Origin: Dicyema japonicum
Taxonomy: Eukaryota; Animalia; Dicyemida
DNA length: 44,701 nt
Assembly (NCBI GenBank): GCA_011109175.1
Contig: RDEW01000057.1
Coordinates: 217,206-261,906 of the forward strand
Reading direction: 5' to 3'
Under the pieces are notes generated by a model. The model did not search any database. It saw nothing but the letters and a program-made list of their open reading frames with translations, and had not been told where the DNA came from. Below are positions 36,901-44,701 of this stretch, one piece after another (position 1 is the first letter of the stretch; every line of letters starts with the position of its first letter). A program made the position numbers and the translations under genes.

Positions 36901-37699
36901 AGGGAATTGGAAGAGACTGTAGTCTTTTAAGAAAAAAACTTTAGCTGTGATGTTGTCATCTTTGTTGGACACTTCTAGTAAAGAGCTCTCTAAAAACATA
37001 ACATCAAACTTTGTTACAAACTGAATTAGGAGTTAGCTATAGGGTTTTTTTTAATTATTACAAAAGTGAAAACAAACCAGCCTAAGTCGGTTTACACAAC
37101 TCTTCCCGTCCTCTTGGAACTACGACTGTCAACTCCTTCTCAATTGAGTACAAGACACCGTGCAGATCTAAAGAACCTGAAATAGCTAATAAAATGCCTA
37201 TAATAGCGACCAACAAACAGCACATAATTGTGAGAGCGGAACCCATTAGTGGAAACCTTACAGATTCAACCGATTCTAATATGAGATAGTCAGACAGTCT
37301 GGTTGTTTTCGATTAAGCCTCTCTTTGAGTTTGTCAGGATTGGGCAATGGTTTGGGATTACATATTTGCGGGGCCTGAATGCTGGTGAAATTATGTTTGT
37401 CCGGGCCACTCAAAAAACGGAGAATTAACATCTGGGTGTTTTGGTTTCAGGGCTTCATTCTTGGTGAGAGAATTTGCATGGAAAACCTAAATGTTCTTCA
37501 TTTTAAAGGAAATGGAGTTCCCACGTGTCGAACTTTCTGGATCTGGATGGGTCTCAGTATTTTGAGTGGAATCTTGTTGGTTTTTCTTTGCTCCGAAAAG
37601 CAAAAACAAGAAGGAGACTAAGGGAACAAGATGAAACATTTTTTGGGTATTATTTGAAAAATAATTTTGTGGCATGACAATGACGAAAATCTAAATAAT

Positions 37700-39300
37700 G
37701 GAAAGTATCCATCTCACGACAAATTCCTGTCTCTAGTTTTTCAGAACTAATCGCATAAGCAATTGAAAATGGAATGATGGACACTTGGAATGCATGGATT
37801 TGTCTTCTTGTATTAGGAGCTCATCCAACGGAAGTGAAAAAAGGAAATCTCAGATCAATCATCAATAGGAATGCCTAAGATCCGAAAGTTTAACCTCGAA
37901 GTCACGCTTGGAGTTTAGTCAATTGATGAGACTCGTTATCATCGTTCAGGCAGAAGAATTGTAAGCAAAACCTATGTTCAGTGGGGTGATGCACACTTAC
38001 CTGCAACGACAAGATGGTTCCTCCAACAAGAGACGCCCTTGATGGATTATAGAAAAAGCACCAACTAGCTCCAATGGATCTACGTAAGACACAAATCAGA
38101 ATAAGTACTACACATCTGTAATCATTGTTATGATATGCGGTCGGCTGTATTATCTTTCTCTGGGAGCACCAGTGTTGAACTAGATGGTCTACATTCGATC
38201 CATACAAGGATTTTTAACCTATATGGGAAACACTTAAATGAATTCAATAAAAGCTCTTAGACAATATCTTAAGAGGAGAGATTTGACTTCGCACGTGAAC
38301 TCTTGTTCGCTTCCAGACTGATTGTTTTCAGGAAGTTTTGCGAGAGATAAGATCCATAGCTATTGGGAATGTCCTGAGGCGCATAACAGTTAAAATCACT
38401 GCCAAAGCTGCCTGTGAATTCATAAGCACCTAACTGAGCTTTGGGATTCCTGTGGTGCGAGAGATAAGATCCATAGCTATTGGGAATGTCCTGAGGCGCA
38501 TAACAGTTAAAATCACTGCCAAAGCAGCCTGTGAATTCATAAGCACCTAACTGAGCTTTGGGATTCCTGTGGATGTGAGGCGACAATACAATCTGCTCGT
38601 GATTTCATTATGAGTCGACCGGATTCTCAGAATGTGATGATCAAATTAGACCTCCTCTAGAAACATGCCATCGATCTAATATGAAAAAATGTCTCTATGT
38701 CCACTTCAGGAGACAAAAATGTCACACTCCACTCCCATTCCTGCGTTACCGGGTTATAACATAATCCGGTGTGACCGCCCGTCTGGCCTCAATGTGGAGT
38801 TATTATTCTAATCAAAAAGAAAATCAGCCACTCTAATCGAAATATGACAACCTTATCCCGCTGAGTACATCGCCATCCCAGTTCAACAATCGTCGGTAGC
38901 ATCACCCTAATAAATATGTATATACCCCCTCATATTTCCTGTTACTAAGATTTTAGATTCTCACTGGTAGATGTCCACAATTGTAATTACCTGTTAATAT
39001 GTAGTGACCTGAATGCAAAAAATCCAATATGGTTCAAGGATCAGTTAAAAGATACCAGGGGTGACCAAATATCATCGAATTTGGATAACCTAATGTTTTT
39101 AAACAACCAACTATTCAATAAATAATTCCTTAGACTTAACGGCAGGACGTCCTCTCCGAGCCTTGCAATTGCTTCCAGAACATTGCTCCACTAACCAATT
39201 GGATGATGCATTACAATTTCAGAAGTGACCACAACACAATACTTATCCCGCTTAACTGAAGAGTTTCCTATGAAAGAAAGCCCATATTATTCACTGACTA
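37700..39300 (+). mobile_element. LINE ORF1-like trace plus APE endonuclease remnant
   Basis: LQETK..LPGYNIIRCDR, SDLNAKNPIW and DTRGDQI. The ORF1 assignment is weak. Confidence 0.55.
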
Positions 39301-39599
39301 CATAAAAGTCGAATGGTGAAAGTTTGTTGAGTTGGTCGAATATTATTTATATGGTTTCAACACGGCTAACTTCAAGACCCTTAATAGCACACTAGTTTAA
39401 TAGTGAGAATGGGCATTCGTGCTTTGGAGAAGGAGATCAGAAACTACACCAAGAAGCAAGAGAGTATGGAATAACCTCATGTCTACTCTGGGCAAGCAGA
39501 CATTTCAGACAAATTAAAAATTTGGATTGCAAACTTCACTAACGGACAGACAGGAAGGATAGTTGCACTAAAATCACTCCCGATAAAACATAAAATTAG

Positions 39600-39960
39600 T
39601 TAAGTTTTCCTTGAGCCGTATTCCTAGTCATCCTCTCCGTCAGCCTCGACCATGATCCTCTGTTAGTTCTTTTAGGTCGTCTGCCATTTCCATTATAATG
39701 TTAGATACTGCCCATAATCTTGTAGCATAGTGAATCAGCTCCTGATGGACTGCAAATCCGGGACCACTGAGACCATAATGTCAGCAGGCCAATGAGAGGG
39801 TGAAAAGGTGGAATTTTCTAGACAGTTCTGCGCTTTATACGGTCTTTTTTTTCTCTTGAAGACAACAGAGAGAGACCTCGTATTTTGTTAGATCGCGTAC
39901 CAGTTGGTGTTTCTTCAAAGTTGTTTAAGTCCTCTGCAATTAAAAGATCCCAGAGTGAAC
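39600..39960 (-). mobile_element. RTE-type APE N-terminal remnant
   Basis: YEVSLCCLQE and HYGLSGPGFAVHQ. Confidence 0.5.
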
Positions 39961-40749
39961 GGAGAAGTCGGTAAGGAATACGAATAAGACATAGTGCAAT
40001 AGAGGTGTCATCACCACCTCGACCAATTTTGTTTTAATTAATCTAAAAATTAAATTAAAAATTTAAATTTGGCGGTAAATTTGATAAATACATAATTAGC
40101 CAGTATGGAGACAGCCGGCATAGTAGTTAGGTGTCGGGCTAAAGTGACTTAGATTACGGCTTCGAATCTCGCTGCTGTTCACCTGGTGGAAGGTTCTACG
40201 CATCTACAGTGCTAAAAAGGCTTGATGAGTGACGTCGTCATCAGAGGACTCTCACTGCGGAACTGGATTGTCTAGAAGGGACCCACACAAAAGAAAAAGA
40301 AAATAAAAGTGAAGATTATTCCATGGTTCTACGATTAGTTAAAATTAACTGTTCTTTACTTAAATAAAGTGTGTGTCCCTCCTATGCGGAGCTAATACCA
40401 CGGCTCCGTGAAAAAGGCTGTTAAAAAAAGGAGACAGTGTGAAATAATAATATACTAAATAACATTAATATTTTAGACACTCACTTTAAGAGATAATTTC
40501 TGATCTGAATAAAAAAAGAGATGATGATCTATTTATTCAAACAAATTCAAGAAAGAAATGGAAAACTTACTAAAATGGAGTCTATCCAGGAGAACTTGTA
40601 CAATGCTTATGAACAGGAAAGGAAGATACTTGAAGATAACATTGACGTTATAATAGCACTAATTACTAGAAAATCAGGAAATAAATTCAAGAGATAACGA
40701 ATGAAGAGGTTAAGATAAGCAAATTCAAATCAGGCTTACAATTATGTGT

Positions 40750-41270
40750 ATCTAGTTTATAGTTTTAATAGTTTGTTGTTACTTTATTTTATTCGGTGTA
40801 CGTGGACTGAATAGAAGGAGGTCGAATCCATTTGACGTCCTATATTGCTTTTATCATTAGGGGGTTGTTAAGGATTTTATAGAAGAGGCAGTTTTGTAGG
40901 TTGATTGTACTCAGGAGATTTCGTCATCATTTTGACGGAAGTACTTCAAAATGGATATACTCGGGTCTGATGACTATGTTGGTGGCTTCATGAATAATTT
41001 GTGAAAGAAAGAGCGGAGGGATATGAATATTCCGTTTTGTGTTGAATAATCATGTTATTGAGAATGTTGATTTTACTGCTGTGATGTTGTTTGTATGTAG
41101 AAGAGTTGATGAGGGTTTTGCTTGAAGTACTTCGACCCAGGCTGGGGCATTAAAGTACCTTTTTCCGGCAATATAGGCGATATCGTAGAAGTATGAGATC
41201 GGAAATCAGTTTTAGGTTGAGGAAACCGAGCGAAAGTGCAGAACATCTAGAAAACCATTGGGTAGAATTG
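40750..41270 (-). mobile_element. Possible LINE APE remnant
   Basis: IAG..FNAPAW, resembling GDFNA. Highly decayed. Confidence 0.3.
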
Positions 41271-41278
41271 TTACCCAA

Positions 41279-42250
41279 GGATCACTGGGTCAAAAAGAAC
41301 AAAGTAAAAGTTCTTAATTTACTAAATGATCCCACACCGACAAAGGGAAGGACGAGTCCAGTGGGCCTAGAATCTTCTATTGCTCTTCTCATCGGATATG
41401 GCATCTGCTCAAACTTACTGTGTGATTGTAGATATTTTGTTAGTGCATGGGACAGATGCCAGCTCGGTGGACTATTCTCCTTTAAGAGTTTATGTCGTAA
41501 TTCTATTAAGAAATTTCAATTGGTTGGATCTTGTGTTCTGGTCCAATTAACGTTACTGCAGTCTCCTGGATTGGTGATAGTTTCAATTAAGAGGAGTGTG
41601 AAATCTGCATCCCACGAAGGACTTGCATACGTCATCGTGGGTCGGATAAATTGTTCATTAACTGTGACGAGGCTTCCAGTTCTGCCAAAATTTTTTTGAG
41701 AGCACTTTTAGGATTCTCATTTTCTTCAGATCAGAATTTATCTTGTTCTCAAAATGTGGATAAAAAAAGTCTCTGATCAGAGGTTACCCCAAGAATCGGC
41801 GGATTGAATGCTTCTGCCTTAGAGGATGATTAACGTCGTCAGCGTAGGAGACGACTAGCCAGTTCTCTTATAGCATTTCGTTTATGTAGAGGTCGAAGAG
41901 TTGTGTGACAATGGGGAGCCTTAGGGGCTCCATTGGGAAGCTAGCTAGATGTTGATTTAATGATGCTGCAGAGTACTTGTGCTCGTCTTTCATTTAGAAA
42001 GTTTCCAGGCCAAATTTTTAAGTTCGGGTGAATGTTCGGTTCAAATATTATCTTTGTGAGGAGTTTCTGGGACTGAATCGAACGCTTTTTTAAATATTTA
42101 TAATTTCAATGAGATTCCTTAAGGAATATGCTGCAGCATTTAATCAGATACCCCATCTTTTCAAATTTACTTTGGGGGGATTCCAAATTAAAATTTACTT
42201 GTTTACTAATAGTTACTTGTAAAGAAGCCGAATCTATCTCTGGACAAGAA
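41279..42250 (-). mobile_element. LINE RT, C-terminus and 3' hairpin
   Basis: FKKAFDSV, VVSYADDV and QFIRPTMTYASPSW. Ends GGGATCATTTAG...GTGATCC. Confidence 0.85.
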
Positions 42251-43139
42251 CACCTATTAGGCATTGAACAGTTAGATTGGGGTCACAATTTATAAATAAT
42301 AATTTCTTGGATGCTAAGTAGATAGACCCCATTAGAATCGTCACATATCGCTTGTTTCTGATTTTTCAGATCTCTATAAGGTATAGTTAATTCACTGACC
42401 TACGCCTGTTCTTGAAAAAATCAATGTATTCGATTGAGTGATACTCACATAATCTCTTGCATGTGATTGGAACAATAAGCGAGTTGAAGGGTAAATAAAT
42501 CTCTCACTATGACATTGATAATTTACTGAGAAGGAATCTGATTTAGTTAAAGCCCTCGTGATTTTAAGATCCCACTAATTTACTTCAGTTTAGTCTATTG
42601 TAGACTGTGTAACTCTGACATAGCATATATGTAACAAAGTTAAGTTAGTTGTCAGTTAAAGCACATTCGCGTTACAAGTAAACACTGTTTATGGCTTCGC
42701 TTGTGCTACTTTTTTGACTATCCATTCCGTTAGCCTTCTCCGTCCCTTTCGTTGTCGTCTGGTCTCCTGATAAAGCCAGATCGTCTGCATCCATCCGTTC
42801 GCCTCCGATCACAGCATTTTTTTTGTTTTAAATGTTAAAGTAGTGTAAAAAATTGTTTGTTAAGTCCGTGAAGGTCAACAAAATGTATTTTTGTGTATTT
42901 CACTGTAGTTAGACATAATCCACTATATAATTCCCAGTCTTTGTAGAATCCTTCTCGACATTCTTGTATAATGCCAATTTATCTAGTATCAATTCTGTCA
43001 TACACGATAAACTTGTTTATTTAAAAATTTAAATATCACTTTTTATAATGAATAAAAAATAAATATTTTTTAATTTATAATTTTAAATGTATAAAATTAA
43101 TTAAAAAATAATTTTTATATTTAAGAAAAACTATACGTC

Positions 43140-43348
43140 ATGATAACAGAAATAGAGCACTGGACCAGAGATAGAAGATAGAATCTCTCAAGGACAACGC
43201 TAAATTCTACGAGGCTGTTAAACAGATAAAAGTAAAGAGATTCCGTCAACCGATAATGATAAAATATGACAAATGAACGCAGATTGAGGACCAAAGGGAA
43301 GTGGCGGAAATTATCGCTGCCTAGTTTGGAAAACTTTTCAATCTTATC
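43140..43348 (+). mobile_element. RTE-like LINE fragment abutting the 28S sequence
   Basis: IESLKDNAKFYEAVKQIK..REVAEIIAA*FGKLF parallels the pre-RT region of 8502-8951 (KFAENIADHFELLF). Confidence 0.55.
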
Positions 43349-44701
43349 ACACGGACCAAGGAGATTACCGTACTAGCAAGTCTAATGGAGTTATTCCATG
43401 CGGCGCAATGAAAGTGATTAGATGTGACGATATATTCGGCAACATACACCCCTTTTTGATTCTACGGTTGTAGAGGGAGTGATAGCTAGTGCGTTAAAAC
43501 CCGAAAGATGGCGAACTATACCTGGTTAAGATGAAGCCAGTGGAAACACTGGTGGAGGTCTATCGCGGTTCTGACGTGCAAATCGATTGTCGAAGCTGGG
43601 TATAGGGGCGAAATACTAATCGAGCCATCTAGTAGCTGGTTCTCTCCGAAATTTCTCTCAGGATAGCTGGCGCTCGAGACTAGTTTCATATGTTAAAGCG
43701 AATGATTAGAGGATTTGTGCTTATACGGGTGCAAACTATTCTCAAACTTTAAACGTGTGAGAAGTGTGACTAACTTGAGTGTAGTCATACGTAAAATAAG
43801 GGTGCCAAGTGGGCCAATTATGGTAATCATGACTGGCGCTGTGGGATGAACCAAACGCCTGGTTAAGGTGCTTGACTAGACGCACACAGGATACCATAAA
43901 AAGTGTCAGTTGATTATGACAACAGGAAGGTGGCCTTAGTAGTTGGAAGCCTCTAAGGAGTGTGTAATAACTCACCAGTCGAATTAACTGGCCTTGAAAA
44001 TGGATGGCGCTGTAGCGTCTGACCTATACCGGGCCGTTGTGGCAATGTAAGTTTAACTTGCTAAAGATAGGCCACAACGAGTAGGAGAGCGTGGAGGTAG
44101 CGCAGAAGCCATGTATGTGAGTACTGGTGGAGCTGCTCTCTAGTGCAGATCTTGGTGGTAGTAGCAATTACTCAAATGAGAACTTTGAGGGCCTATGTGG
44201 AGAAGGGTTTCATGTGAACATGAGTTGGACATGAGTTAGTCGGTCCTAAGCACGTTGAAAAGTTTTGAAATGGCTGTTTTAAAAGTGCGAAAGGGAATGG
44301 GGTTAATATTCCCGAACCTAAGAAGGCTGTTTATGCGGTGACGCTGTTGTAACAGTCTAAGACGGCAGGTGTTCTGGGAAGAGTTATCTTTTCTTTTAAA
44401 GGGTCGATTTCTCTAGAAATGGTTTAGCCAGCGAAAGAGAAGTTGTTGATCATAGAGATCTTATCCGTAGAGCATTGCAGTTTTTGCTGTGTCCGGTGTA
44501 TGTCTGACGTTTCATAAAACGCCTGTAACAGTTTAACAGTCACTTGGGCCGTACCAATAACCGCAGCAGGTCTCCAAGGTTAGCAGCCTCTGGTGAATAG
44601 ATAAACGCTGATAAGGGAAGTCGGCAAAATAGATCTGTACCTTCGGTAGAAGGATTGGCTCTATGGGTTGAGCCTATATTACTCTATTTCTGTTGTGATA
44701 G
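43349..44701 (+). rRNA. 28S (LSU) rRNA, partial: 5'-truncated and running off the window; possibly an orphon or pseudogene
   Basis: ACACGGACCAAGGAG, CCATCTAGTAGCTGGTT, GGATAGCTGGCGCTC, GTGCAGATCTTGGTGGTAGTAGCAA, AACCGCAGCAGGTCTCCAAGG and GATAAGGGAAGTCGGCAAA occur in the correct order. No 18S, ITS or 5.8S upstream. Confidence 0.92.

Noticed and set aside
43349-44701. R2/R4 target-site insertion in 28S
   Set aside because: The canonical target region lies downstream of the window end, and none of the R4-like copies is flanked by rDNA.

Overview
AT-rich eukaryotic scaffold with N gaps, most likely animal. It is mostly decayed transposable elements around five very compact host genes: CHAF1B/CAF-1 p60, MYCBP, AEBP2, UQCC5/SMIM4 and LAGE3/PCC1. 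The introns I could reconstruct in them are 21-29 nt; all are GT-AG except one candidate GT-AT in MYCBP. That intron size, the standard genetic code and a bilaterian-type 28S fragment point to a dicyemid-like parasite (inference). The most interesting structure is a three-level nest at 27.4-29.9 kb. A retroviral-type (Ginger-like) integrase remnant with its own 26-nt intron is split at a TA by a complete Tc1/IS630-type element (TIRs, TA target duplication). That element's 332-aa DD34E transposase is intact only after splicing 24- and 28-nt introns, and an R4-like retrotransposon fragment sits in its upstream region. Also present: a near-intact 1151-codon R4/Dong-like RT-RLE element with one internal TGA, many APE-type LINE fragments sharing a 3' hairpin, a ~166-bp satellite, and a 5'-truncated 28S rRNA fused to a LINE fragment. 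Many 100-350 bp tandem duplications are probably assembly artefacts. All family assignments come from motif recognition; no searches were run.
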